Assembly (NCBI GenBank): GCA_022839105.1
Contig: JALHDH010000003.1
Coordinates: 66 to 64,065 of the forward strand
Length of the DNA stretch: 64,000 nucleotides
Direction: 5' to 3'
Origin: a bacterium
Lineage (GTDB): Bacteria; Vulcanimicrobiota; Xenobia; Xenobiales; Xenobiaceae
The notes under the pieces are model-generated. The model was not told the DNA's origin, ran no database searches, and worked only from the letters and a program-made list of their open reading frames with translations. Below are positions 8,756 to 17,026 of this stretch, piece by piece (positions within the stretch are counted from its first letter, which is position 1; the number at the start of each line of letters is the position of its first letter). The translations under genes and the position numbers were made by a program.

Positions 8756-9496
8756 ATGCTCAAAGAGATCCTGGCCGGCTTGAAGACCTTGACCCTGGGT
8801 TCGGGCAGGACCGCCACCGGCGAGCGCCGGCGCCTGGTCCGTCTGAAGTGCCGCTACGCGGTCACCTGCGAGGTCGAGAAGGCGGCCTTCCGGGCCGTGG
8901 TCGTCGACATGGGCGTGCAGGGCCTGCGCCTGGAGACCCCCGAGCGTCTCAAGCGGGGGCAGGTTGCCCACGTGACCTACTCGACTCCCCACGCCGCGTT
9001 TGCCGTGGATTCGGTCCGCTGCGTGGTGAGCTGGGTCCGCAGGAATGGCCAGGGTCAGCTCGAGGCCGGCCTGCGTTATGAAGACCAGGAGGAAAACCTG
9101 GAGAAGTCCTGGGTCAAGGTGATCCTGCGCGAGATGGGCTTTGACGCTGCGAGCATCTTCCAGAGGCGCAAGGCCCGGCGCGTGGTGGCCATGCTGACGG
9201 TGCAGCTTCGCCGTCCCGGGGGGGCCGTCATGAACGCCCGAGTCCTGAACCTCGGGGTCGGCGGGGCCCTCCTGCAGATCGCGGATCCCCTGGACCGGGG
9301 CCAGACGCTCCTCATGGACCTGGGCCCCGTCAAGGGGTTGCCCGTCCTGCCCGTCTCGGCCGAGGTCCTCACCTGTCGCTACGAGCCGCGCAGCGAGTCC
9401 TGGTTCTGCGGAGTCCGCTTCCGGAACCTCTCCGACCGCCAACTGGATCTCCTCTCCCGGTATCTGATCCATCTCCTGAAGGATTCCTCGGCGTGA
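8756..9496 (+). CDS. Tandem PilZ-domain protein (putative c-di-GMP receptor)
   Basis: Two PilZ-like units: ERRRLVRLKCRYAVTCEV...VVVDMGVQGLRLE and RRKARRVVAMLTVQLRR...ARVLNLGVGGALLQ (RxxxR ... D/NxSxxG pattern). The start is uncertain: ATG 8756 or GTG 8690. Confidence 0.75.
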   Translation: MLKEILAGLKTLTLGSGRTATGERRRLVRLKCRYAVTCEVEKAAFRAVVVDMGVQGLRLETPERLKRGQVAHVTYSTPHAAFAVDSVRCVVSWVRRNGQGQLEAGLRYEDQEENLEKSWVKVILREMGFDAASIFQRRKARRVVAMLTVQLRRPGGAVMNARVLNLGVGGALLQIADPLDRGQTLLMDLGPVKGLPVLPVSAEVLTCRYEPRSESWFCGVRFRNLSDRQLDLLSRYLIHLLKDSSA

Positions 9497-9536
9497 GGGA
9501 GGATCGCCGACCCGCTCAGGGCCTTCCGGGGAGTTC

Positions 9537-10391
9537 ATGAGGCGACTGCGCGCGCACTGTCGTGGCGGGGTCCTGGTGCCCTGCGAGCCCCTGGACCTGC
9601 CGGAAGGAGCCGAGGTCGTGCTGGCCCTCGAGGAGGCCCTCTCCTCCCAGGCCTGGCACGACCAGGTCGGCTTGGCCTGTCGCCGGGTGGGTCCGCTCTC
9701 GGCCACCTTCACCTGGACGATGCCGCTCCAGGGGGCCGGGGCTCCGCGGATCAAGACCTGCCAGCTTCTGGCCCGAGACCCGCGGGGAACCCGGCTCCTG
9801 GGCTCGCTGGTTCCCGGGCCCGGAGCGGTCCAGGTCGAGATGCAGGTGGCTCTGCCGGCTCGCCAGGAGGTCGCCTCCCAGGAGTTCCTGCTGCGCTTCG
9901 TCGACCTGGAGGACACCGAGCATCTGGCCGACCGGGTCTTCGTCCTTTTGCCGGCGGTGCGCGTGGTGCTGGCCGACCTGGCAGGCGAATCCCCGCCCGC
10001 CTGGATCCGCGAGGGCTCCTGGGGGAGGCTGGAAGACGGAACCTGGTCGGACAGCCCCTTGGGGGATTACCCCAATGGTGCCGACTTCTCGCTGGTTTCG
10101 CCGTTGATCTCGTTGGGTGGCCTGGAATCCACGGTTTTGACCTTCCAGGAGCGGCATCTCCTGGAGGAGGGAGCGGACTGGTGCACCCTCGAGGTCCAGG
10201 GGCAGGACGGTCCCTGGCAGGTCCTGGCCCGCTATACCGGCTCTTCGGATTGGAGGGACCGGACCCTGGACCTCTCCGATTTCGATGACACCCGGATCCG
10301 GGTGCGCTTCCGGCTGCGTTCGGATCGGTCCGTGACGCGGGACGGGTTCTACTTCAGGAATCTCCTGCTGGCCGGCATTCCGGCTTCCTGA
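9537..10391 (+). CDS. Hypothetical protein: DUF104/AF2212-like N-terminus fused to a beta-sandwich-like C-terminal domain
   Basis: N-terminus RAHCRGGVLVPCEPLDLPEGAEVVLALEE resembles the small antitoxin-type fold (NGVF.P.E...L.EG..V). The C-terminus (TVLTFQERHLLEEGADWCTLEVQGQDGPWQVLARYTGSSDWRDRTLDLSDFDDTRIRVRFRLRSD) resembles the MAM / immune-inhibitor-A C-terminal type of domain. Confidence 0.6.
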   Translation: MRRLRAHCRGGVLVPCEPLDLPEGAEVVLALEEALSSQAWHDQVGLACRRVGPLSATFTWTMPLQGAGAPRIKTCQLLARDPRGTRLLGSLVPGPGAVQVEMQVALPARQEVASQEFLLRFVDLEDTEHLADRVFVLLPAVRVVLADLAGESPPAWIREGSWGRLEDGTWSDSPLGDYPNGADFSLVSPLISLGGLESTVLTFQERHLLEEGADWCTLEVQGQDGPWQVLARYTGSSDWRDRTLDLSDFDDTRIRVRFRLRSDRSVTRDGFYFRNLLLAGIPAS

Positions 10392-10522
10392 GCGTCGCGA
10401 ATTCGCAGGCCCGTCGGGTTTCGCCCTCCACCCCTCCTGACAGCTTCTGTCAGGTCCGGCCTCTAGGATCAACCTGAAGCCCGGAAGTCCGTACCTTGGG
10501 GCTTGGATGGAGGCGATTCCGG

Positions 10523-10978
10523 ATGTCGGACCATCTCTCGGGTTCTGCGCGTCAGTTGGAGCGGATCACCGTGCTGGACCGTCTGCTGCGCCAGGATTCT
10601 TGCCCGAGCATCTCGGCCCTGGCCTGTCAGTTGGGCGTTTCGGAGCGGACGGTCTTTCGGGATCTCGTCTTCCTGCGGGATCGGCTGGGGGCGCCGGTCA
10701 GCTTCGATTCCGAACGGGGGGGATACCGCTATACCTCCCCGCACGGCTTCTTCCCGGGCATCAGCCTGACCCGGCAGGAGATCCTGGCGCTCCTGCTGGC
10801 AGCCAGGGCGGCAGGGCCGGTCCTGGGGCAGCCCTTCGGAGAGCGCTTGAGGTCGGCCGTTCGCAAGGTCCTCTCGGCGGGAGGAATCCCCGGAGCCGGG
10901 CGGGAGGCCGGTGAGCGGAGTGATTCGCGATCAGGTCCGGCCCTGGTCTTCCCGGGGAGCTCCGCGGGCTCCCCCTGA
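10523..10978 (+). CDS. HTH transcriptional regulator, YafY-like N-terminal half lacking a WYL domain
   Basis: LERITVLDRLLRQDSCPSISALACQLGVSERTVFRDLVFLRDRLGAPVSFDSERGGYRY, followed by the typical linker LTRQEILALLLAARA. The ORF stops after about 150 aa, before any WYL or C-terminal domain. Confidence 0.65.
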   Translation: MSDHLSGSARQLERITVLDRLLRQDSCPSISALACQLGVSERTVFRDLVFLRDRLGAPVSFDSERGGYRYTSPHGFFPGISLTRQEILALLLAARAAGPVLGQPFGERLRSAVRKVLSAGGIPGAGREAGERSDSRSGPALVFPGSSAGSP

Positions 10979-11050
10979 CAAGTCACCAGGCTGAAGAAGT
11001 CGGCTTCTGCCCCTGTCCCAGGGCAGCAGGCCCCGCGGCCTGGCCTGCGA

Positions 11051-11860
11051 ATGCCACCTGCGATGCAGGCGGCGATTCGGGTCGAGGCTTCGGGACTCGC
11101 CAAAAGCCACGGACGGCACAGCGTCCTGAAGGGCTTGTCCTTGTCGGTCCTGCCCGGCGAGTGCGTCGGCATCCTGGGGAGCAGCGGCTGCGGCAAGTCC
11201 ACCCTGCTGGGCCTGCTGGCCGGGCTCCTGGAGCCCGACGCCGGGTCGGTGCGCCTGGACGGGCGGCCTCCCCGGGAGCTTCCCGCCGGCGCCATCGGTT
11301 TCGTCCCGCAGGATGACATCGTACACCTGGCCCTGCGGGTCGAGTCCGCCCTGGATTACGCCGCGAGACTGCGTCTGGGGGGCGAAGGGGACCTTCAGGC
11401 GCGAGTGGATGGCATCCTGGAGCTCCTGGACCTGAAGGAGCAGCGCGGGGTCCGCATCGGTCGGCTCTCCGGGGGGCAGCGCAAGCGGGTGAGCATCGGG
11501 GTCGAACTCCTGGGCGGCCCGGGGCTTCTCTTCCTGGACGAGCCCACCGCCGGACTGGATCCCGCCCTGGAGGAGCGCTTCATGGACCTCTTCCGGAACC
11601 TGGCGGATGGCGGGCGGACGGTCCTTCTGACCACCCACGTCCTGCAGAGCCTGAGCCGCTTGGACCTGGTGGCCGTCCTGGGGGGAGGCGGGCTGGCCTG
11701 GTATGGCCCCCCCTCCGAGATGCTCTCCTGGTTCCGCGTGGGTGAGGCCCGGGAGATCTATCCCCTGCTGGCCTCGGAGGGGAGCGCCCTGGTCCGGCGC
11801 TACGCCGGATCCTCCTGGCATCGGGACCTGGTCCTGAGGCGTCCGGAGGCCGCATCGTGA
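11051..11860 (+). CDS. ABC transporter ATP-binding protein
   Basis: Walker A GSSGCGKST, signature LSGGQRKRVSIG, Walker B LLFLDEPTAGLD, H-loop LLTTH. Confidence 0.92.
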   Translation: MPPAMQAAIRVEASGLAKSHGRHSVLKGLSLSVLPGECVGILGSSGCGKSTLLGLLAGLLEPDAGSVRLDGRPPRELPAGAIGFVPQDDIVHLALRVESALDYAARLRLGGEGDLQARVDGILELLDLKEQRGVRIGRLSGGQRKRVSIGVELLGGPGLLFLDEPTAGLDPALEERFMDLFRNLADGGRTVLLTTHVLQSLSRLDLVAVLGGGGLAWYGPPSEMLSWFRVGEAREIYPLLASEGSALVRRYAGSSWHRDLVLRRPEAAS

Positions 11861-12597
11861 GGGCCCTGCGCTTCTCGAGGCGTCAGTTCGAGATCCTGGT
11901 GGAGCGGAATCTCGAGCTCCTCTTCTCGGATTTCGGGAACACCGCCCTGCTCCTCTTGCAGGCCCCCATCATCGCCGGGTGCATGATCCTGGTCTGGCGG
12001 GACGTGGATCAAGCCACCGACACGCTGTACTTCGTGATGACCCTCTCTGCGGTCTGGTTCGGGGCCATCAATGCCTGCCGGGAGATCGTCAAGGAAAGGG
12101 CGATCTTCCTGCGCGAATTGAGGGTGGGCCTGGAGATCGGCTCCTATATCTGGTCCCGCCTGGCCGTCCTGGCCTTGCTGGGGTTCGTGCAGTGCCTGCT
12201 CCTGGTGGTCCTGGTGGACTCCCAGGTGGCCCTGAAGGGCGGGCCCTTCCTGCACTTCGTGATCCTGCTGGCGGCCTCGTTGGCGGGCACCTCGATGGGC
12301 CTGGCGCTTTCGGCCGTTTCGGGGACGGCGGACCGGGCCGTGGCCGGGGTTCCGATCCTTCTTCTGCCCCAGATCCTCTTCTCCAGCGTGATCCTCTCGG
12401 CTCCCCACGCCAGCCGGTTGACCCGGACCTTGCAGGATCTGACCTTCACCCAGTGGTCCTATGACGCCCAGCGGGAGGTGGCCGCGGCGGAACCCCACCT
12501 GGGAAGCATCCTGCTGGCCCTCCTGGTGCTCAGCGCGATGGCCTTGGGGTTGGGGCTCCTGGCGGCCTTCCTGCTGGACCTGGGGTCCCGGCGCTGA
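11857..12597 (+). CDS. ABC-2 type transporter permease
   Basis: GTGA stop/start overlap with the ATPase gene. Five to six hydrophobic segments typical of ABC-2 exporters. Confidence 0.8.
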   Translation: MRALRFSRRQFEILVERNLELLFSDFGNTALLLLQAPIIAGCMILVWRDVDQATDTLYFVMTLSAVWFGAINACREIVKERAIFLRELRVGLEIGSYIWSRLAVLALLGFVQCLLLVVLVDSQVALKGGPFLHFVILLAASLAGTSMGLALSAVSGTADRAVAGVPILLLPQILFSSVILSAPHASRLTRTLQDLTFTQWSYDAQREVAAAEPHLGSILLALLVLSAMALGLGLLAAFLLDLGSRR

Positions 12598-12640
12598 GCC
12601 CCTGCAGGGCCGCGACCAGGGCTCCCCGAAATCGGGGAGG

Positions 12641-13099
12641 ATGCGCAGGTTCCTGGTCCTCTTCGGCTTCTTGCTGGTCCTGGCCGCGGTGCTCTTGTTG
12701 TTTTCGACCCGGACGGGGTTCCAGTTCGGCCAGGTCCGCGTCTCGACCTCGGCTGATGCCTCCTACCTCGAGCAGCGGACCGTGGACTTCCTGGAGGATC
12801 TGCGGTTCAAGGACTTCGAGAAGGCAGCCAGCTACCACTCGATCGAGGATCGTCGGACCGTCCGCATCCCCGAGCTCATCGAGCGGATCTTCCAGATCAA
12901 GCCCGAGTTCCTGGACATCCTGCGCTATGAGGTCCTGGCCGTCGAGCTGGATCGCAGCCGGACCCGGGCCCGGGTGAGGACCCGGACCGTGGTCAAGCTC
13001 CTGAATACCAGCGAGATTCGCGAGCCCGAGATCCTCTTCTACTGGCACAAGGATCCGCGGGACGGCTGGGTCATGAAGCTGGAGAGTTCGTTGCGCTGA
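12641..13099 (+). CDS. Membrane-anchored hypothetical protein
   Basis: ATG at 12641 preceded by GGGGAGG. N-terminal anchor MRRFLVLFGFLLVLAAVLLLF followed by a roughly 130-aa soluble domain. Confidence 0.6.
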   Translation: MRRFLVLFGFLLVLAAVLLLFSTRTGFQFGQVRVSTSADASYLEQRTVDFLEDLRFKDFEKAASYHSIEDRRTVRIPELIERIFQIKPEFLDILRYEVLAVELDRSRTRARVRTRTVVKLLNTSEIREPEILFYWHKDPRDGWVMKLESSLR

Positions 13100-13757
13100 G
13101 CTCCACCTCAAGGGTGCTGGCCCCCAGGCGCTCGAGCAGGGTCCGGTACCAGGCGGAGGCCCGGGCGGCGTGTCCCGGGATTTCGACGCTTCCCCAGAGG
13201 ATCGAGAGGGTCTGGCGGGTTTCCGGGCGGGTCTTGGTGCGCTGGGAGTCCTTCACGGCGTTGGCGCAGGGCCCGGAGGCATCCCACAGGCAGAGCAGCC
13301 CCCCCAGGTCCATCTCCTGTCCGGAGGCGTTGAAGACGTAGCTCTGGCCCGGGCCCGCCACGGCCAGCCGGAAGGGCGGGCGGGCCAGGTCCAGGTCCAC
13401 CACGCTGATGGGGAGCCCCGAGTGGAGCGAGACGGCGTTGCAGGCATCGACCGCCGCATTGATCGGGGCCAGCTCGCCCTGGTCCACGGCCCGGATCAGG
13501 TATTCCGAGGCCGGTTTGCTCCGGCCGCTGGCCTTGAAGCCTCCGTGGCGGAGCAGGCGGCGGATGGCGGCGCGGAGCGCCTCGTCGGGCGCGGGCAGGG
13601 GGACCTCGGCCTGCCTGGCCAGAAGCCCCTCCAGCCAGTCAGGGGAAGGAGTCCGTCCCAGGGGCTCGGCAAATCGGGTGGTGAAGGCGGCAGACTCCAG
13701 CAGCGGATGGGTCTCCTGATGGATCTCGAGGGGGGACACTTCAGACCTCCGGTTCAC
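13071..13757 (-). CDS. B3/B4 tRNA-binding domain protein (PheT B3_4-like)
   Basis: RHGGFKASGRSKPASEYLIRAVDQGELAPINAAVDACNAVSLHSGLPISVVDLD matches the B3/4 domain pattern. There is a 29-nt convergent overlap with the previous gene. Confidence 0.8.
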   Translation of the reverse strand: MNRRSEVSPLEIHQETHPLLESAAFTTRFAEPLGRTPSPDWLEGLLARQAEVPLPAPDEALRAAIRRLLRHGGFKASGRSKPASEYLIRAVDQGELAPINAAVDACNAVSLHSGLPISVVDLDLARPPFRLAVAGPGQSYVFNASGQEMDLGGLLCLWDASGPCANAVKDSQRTKTRPETRQTLSILWGSVEIPGHAARASAWYRTLLERLGASTLEVELSATNSPAS

Positions 13758-13860
13758 GATTGGCCTGGAGTTCTCGGCCTCCCGGCCGACCCCTCCGCAG
13801 TCATTTCTCCGAATGTTTACATCTGGCCTGGCCTCCCGGCCCCCGCCAGGGCCCCGGCGA

Positions 13861-13869
13861 TGCTACAAT
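13861..13869 (+). promoter_or_regulatory. Extended -10 promoter element TGCTACAAT
   Basis: TG-n-TACAAT in intergenic DNA, about 30 nt upstream of AGGAGG + ATG 13903. Confidence 0.5.
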
Positions 13870-13902
13870 GACGCCGAGACACATAGACCAGGAGGATCCG
13901 GC

Positions 13903-14781
13903 ATGGACGCGATGCGGGGCATCGACCCGACCTCTAGCATGTTCCACACCCAGGCAGCCCGCAACATCTCGCAGGTTGGCTTTGGTTCGGTCCGCAGCCA
14001 GAAGGAAGTCAAGCAGGACGATTCCGAGAACCAGGTCCAGGACCAGGTCAAGCTCTCGCATCACTCCAGGGTTGCCAAGGTGGACCACGCCGACCTGGCT
14101 GAGAATGCGGCCATGTCCGGCGAACTGGGTGAGCTTCAGGACGACCTGATCGAGGACGATGAGGAGCTCATCAGCCGCCGCCATCGCGAGCGGGACCAGG
14201 AGACCGAGGAGTTGGGCGCCGCCAGCCGCTCTGGCGGTCTGCGCACGGGCCAGGAGGTTCGTCGCCTCTCCGAGATGGACGATTCCACCGCGGCGGTCCA
14301 CGACATCCTCAAGGATGTTCCGGAGCGCAGCCTGGAGCCGGCGAGGAACATCGTGGCCAATCAGATCCAGGGAAGCCGTCCCACCGAGGCATTGACCCAG
14401 CTCAAGCCCGTCGAGGGGGTCCACGCCGTGGACTTCCAGCCCGAGACGGCGATGGGGATTCTCGACATCCACGACACCCACAACCAGCCGATTGCCCAGG
14501 ATCCCACCGAAGGGGTGGCTCCCGAGCATCAGCAGGAAGTTGCGGGCCAGCAGCTCGACCAGATGATCGCGAATCTGCCTGCCGAGCGCAAGGCCGTGGT
14601 CGAAGAGATGCGCACCGCGGTCCAGGACTGGGCCGCCTCCCAGGGAGTGAATCCCGGGCCGGCCTTTGCCGAGCGGCTGCGCGACCTGGCCAAGGGTTGG
14701 GATGATGACGCCCTGGGCGTGGCCTCCCAGACCTATGCCGAGGCCTCTCGCGAGGTGGGCGCCGCCGCGGCTGCCGAGTAG
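13903..14781 (+). CDS. Acidic hypothetical protein
   Basis: ATG 13903 preceded by AGGAGG at good spacing. 292 aa, rich in D/E/Q, with no recognised domain. Followed by a strong hairpin. Confidence 0.6.
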   Translation: MDAMRGIDPTSSMFHTQAARNISQVGFGSVRSQKEVKQDDSENQVQDQVKLSHHSRVAKVDHADLAENAAMSGELGELQDDLIEDDEELISRRHRERDQETEELGAASRSGGLRTGQEVRRLSEMDDSTAAVHDILKDVPERSLEPARNIVANQIQGSRPTEALTQLKPVEGVHAVDFQPETAMGILDIHDTHNQPIAQDPTEGVAPEHQQEVAGQQLDQMIANLPAERKAVVEEMRTAVQDWAASQGVNPGPAFAERLRDLAKGWDDDALGVASQTYAEASREVGAAAAAE

Positions 14782-14812
14782 CCTCTGCACCTTCAATCCC
14801 TCCTTCAGCCCG

Positions 14813-14842
14813 GGACCGCTCCCGGGCTGAAGTCTGTACCGG
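14813..14842 (+). terminator. Intrinsic-terminator-like hairpin
   Basis: Perfect 13-bp stem CTTCAGCCCGGGA / TCCCGGGCTGAAG with 4-nt loop CCGC, about 30 nt after the stop at 14781. The trailing TCTGT is only weakly U-rich. Confidence 0.55.
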
Positions 14843-14877
14843 CTCGCATCGAGCCGCGGGGGCGGAGGCCCCTCCTG

Positions 14878-15852
14878 ATGCCTGCATCCTCTCCAAGACC
14901 CCGTTCCCAGTCCCTTCCCGCGGTCGGCCTCCCCAGGCCGGTCCGCCTGCGCTACTACGTCCTGTGGAAGCCCTTCGGGGTGCTGGCCGGATTCGGCGAA
15001 GAGGAGGGGAGGCTCGGCCTGCGCCGGTATGTCCCGCTCCCGGGTCTCTTCCCGGTGGGGCGCATGGACGCCGAGACCGAGGGCCTGCTGCTTCTCACCG
15101 ACGATCCCCGCCTCTGCACCCGTCTGGCCCAGGCCGGGGCCCTCGAACCCCGGCTCTGGCTGGCCCAGGTCGACGGCCAGCCCGACCCGGGGACCCTGGA
15201 CGACCTGCGCCGCGGGCCCGCTCTGGGCCACCGCACCGCCCTGCCCCTGGAGGCGCGGGTGATTCCCGAACCCGAACTCCCCGCCCGCCCGGTCCCCATC
15301 CGCCATCGCCCGAAGACTCCGACCTGCTGGTTGGAGTTGCGGGTCTTCGAGGGGTGGTCCCGGCATGTCCGGCGCCTGACCGCCGCCCTGGGGCATCCGA
15401 CCCTGCGCCTGGTCCAATGGGCCCTGGGGCCCGTCGATCTGGCCGGGATGGTCCCGGGACAGCTTCGCGAGTTGAGTCCCCAGGAGAGCCGCTGGGCCGA
15501 GAAGGTGGCCGCAGAGGCGCCGGAGCGCAAGCCCGCCGTCCCCCCACGGAACCGCAGGGCCGAGCGCCTGGCCTGGCAAGGGCGTTCCGTGCGGCGTGAG
15601 GAACCCGCCGGGGAGGCGAAGCCGGCCCCCCGACGCCCCGAGCGGGGCACCGGCCAGAAACGGGCCTCCAAGCCCACCGGGCCGGCCACCGGCCAGAAGC
15701 AGACCTCCCGCGGGGAATCCGGACGGAGCGCGTCTGGAGGCGGGCCACGCTCCTCGGGGCGCCCGGCAGCACCCGCCAACCGCAGGAAAGGCAGCCAGGA
15801 AGGCGCCAGGCGGCGCAAGCCTTCTCAAGGCTCCCGCAAGAAGGGGCGCTGA
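14878..15852 (+). CDS. Pseudouridine synthase (RsuA/RluB/RluE family) with a long basic C-terminal tail
   Basis: YVLWKPFGVL, catalytic-Asp motif PVGRMDAETEGLLLLTDD, and WLELRVFEGWSRHVRRLTAALGHPTLRL. The last ~110 aa are R/K/G/P/S-rich. Confidence 0.85.
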   Translation: MPASSPRPRSQSLPAVGLPRPVRLRYYVLWKPFGVLAGFGEEEGRLGLRRYVPLPGLFPVGRMDAETEGLLLLTDDPRLCTRLAQAGALEPRLWLAQVDGQPDPGTLDDLRRGPALGHRTALPLEARVIPEPELPARPVPIRHRPKTPTCWLELRVFEGWSRHVRRLTAALGHPTLRLVQWALGPVDLAGMVPGQLRELSPQESRWAEKVAAEAPERKPAVPPRNRRAERLAWQGRSVRREEPAGEAKPAPRRPERGTGQKRASKPTGPATGQKQTSRGESGRSASGGGPRSSGRPAAPANRRKGSQEGARRRKPSQGSRKKGR

Positions 15853-15861
15853 GGCCGGCTT

Positions 15862-16173
15862 CTAGTTGCGCAGGCTCCGCAGGAGAAGCCAGAGCAGGGC
15901 CGACCCTCCGACTCCACAGAAGAGCATCAGGCTCTCCGAGGCCGACAGGTTCCCGCTCAGCATCTGGGGGACGCTGAGCATGGCCAGCACGAAGGCCAGG
16001 GAAACGGCCCAGCCCAGCACACAGCCCAGGAGATCCCTCTGGGCCACCAGGTCGTGGACCTGGTGCATCTCCTGTTTGCGCCTTTCGGAGAGCTTCTCGC
16101 TGTCCTGCAGGACCTCGGCCAGGAGGGATTGCATCCTGACCTGTCGGGCCTGCGATTGAGGCTCGTACTCCAT
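15862..16173 (-). CDS. Hypothetical membrane protein
   Basis: ATG 16173 preceded by GGGGGAAGGA. Charged N-terminal half, then two hydrophobic segments (LGWAVSLAFVLAMLSV, LFCGVGGSALLWLLL). Confidence 0.4.
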   Translation of the reverse strand: MEYEPQSQARQVRMQSLLAEVLQDSEKLSERRKQEMHQVHDLVAQRDLLGCVLGWAVSLAFVLAMLSVPQMLSGNLSASESLMLFCGVGGSALLWLLLRSLRN

Positions 16174-16243
16174 GTCGACCGGTTCCTTCCCCCGCCCCGG
16201 TGGATCACGGAATTTCCTGTCCAAAGGAGAAGTCCTGCAGGGA

Positions 16244-17026
16244 TCAGGGGGAGGTCGGGGCCGAGGCGCCCGGAGTGAAGACCTGGTCGGCCGCCGCCCG
16301 GAGCCAGCGCAGGGCCAGGTCCATGCGGCCCTTCTGTTCGTACATCCAGGCCAGCCTCAACTGGCCCTCCGGGGTGCCGGGAGAGCCGGCCCGGGAGATG
16401 TTGGCCCAGGTCGCGGCGGGGGCACCGGCCAGGGCGCTCCGAAGCCTCCCGGTGCGCAGAAGGGCCATCTTGAAGGCCGTCACGGCCTGGGCGCGGCGTC
16501 CCGCCTTCTCGTGGAGGACGCCCAGGTGCAGGTAGGCTTCCGGCCGCTCGGGGAAGCGCCGCGCGCAGGCCCGGAAGGATTCCACGGCCTTTTCGTCCAG
16601 CCCCTGGCGCATCTGCACCCAGCCCAGCCAGCCCCAGGCCTCGCCCTGGCTGGGAGCCTCGCGGGCCGCGCGCTCCAGCAGGGCCATGGCCTCCTGGTCG
16701 TTCCCGGCCTGTGCCGCCTCGATCCCCTGGCGGAGGAGCAGACCCGTCGAGGGCTCCAGTTGCACGTCCAGGCGCTGGACCATCCCCCCCTGGACCCGGA
16801 CCACGGCCAGGTAGGGGCGATAATCCTCACCGGCCGAGAGCCGGAGCTGGTAGTCTCCCGGAGGGAGGGGAGCCACCCGCAGGGGAGTGTGCCCCAGGAG
16901 GTGGTGGTTGAGGGCCACCGTGGCTCCGGGAGGCTCCGAGAAGATGTCCAGGGCGGCGTTGGGCTCCTGGGCCAGGGCGGGCACCGTGGCCAGCAACAAC
17001 AAGACAAAGGTCAGGAGACTGCGCAT
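16244..17026 (-). CDS. Secreted PEGA-domain / TPR-repeat protein
   Basis: Signal peptide MRSLLTFVLLLLATVPALA. PEGA-like LDIFSEPPGATVALNHHLLGHTPLRV...PGDYQLRL, followed by TPR-like repeats. Only the last 260 codons of the 686-aa track ORF are used. Confidence 0.75.
   Translation of the reverse strand: MRSLLTFVLLLLATVPALAQEPNAALDIFSEPPGATVALNHHLLGHTPLRVAPLPPGDYQLRLSAGEDYRPYLAVVRVQGGMVQRLDVQLEPSTGLLLRQGIEAAQAGNDQEAMALLERAAREAPSQGEAWGWLGWVQMRQGLDEKAVESFRACARRFPERPEAYLHLGVLHEKAGRRAQAVTAFKMALLRTGRLRSALAGAPAATWANISRAGSPGTPEGQLRLAWMYEQKGRMDLALRWLRAAADQVFTPGASAPTSP

Noticed and set aside
13903-14100. FlgM-like anti-sigma factor identity for the proteins starting MDAMRGIDPT... (13903) and MRIDGVSATS... 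(23124).
   Set aside because: The resemblance is limited to a few N-terminal residues and a D.V.LS-like patch. The lengths and C-termini do not fit FlgM, and no flagellar genes are nearby.
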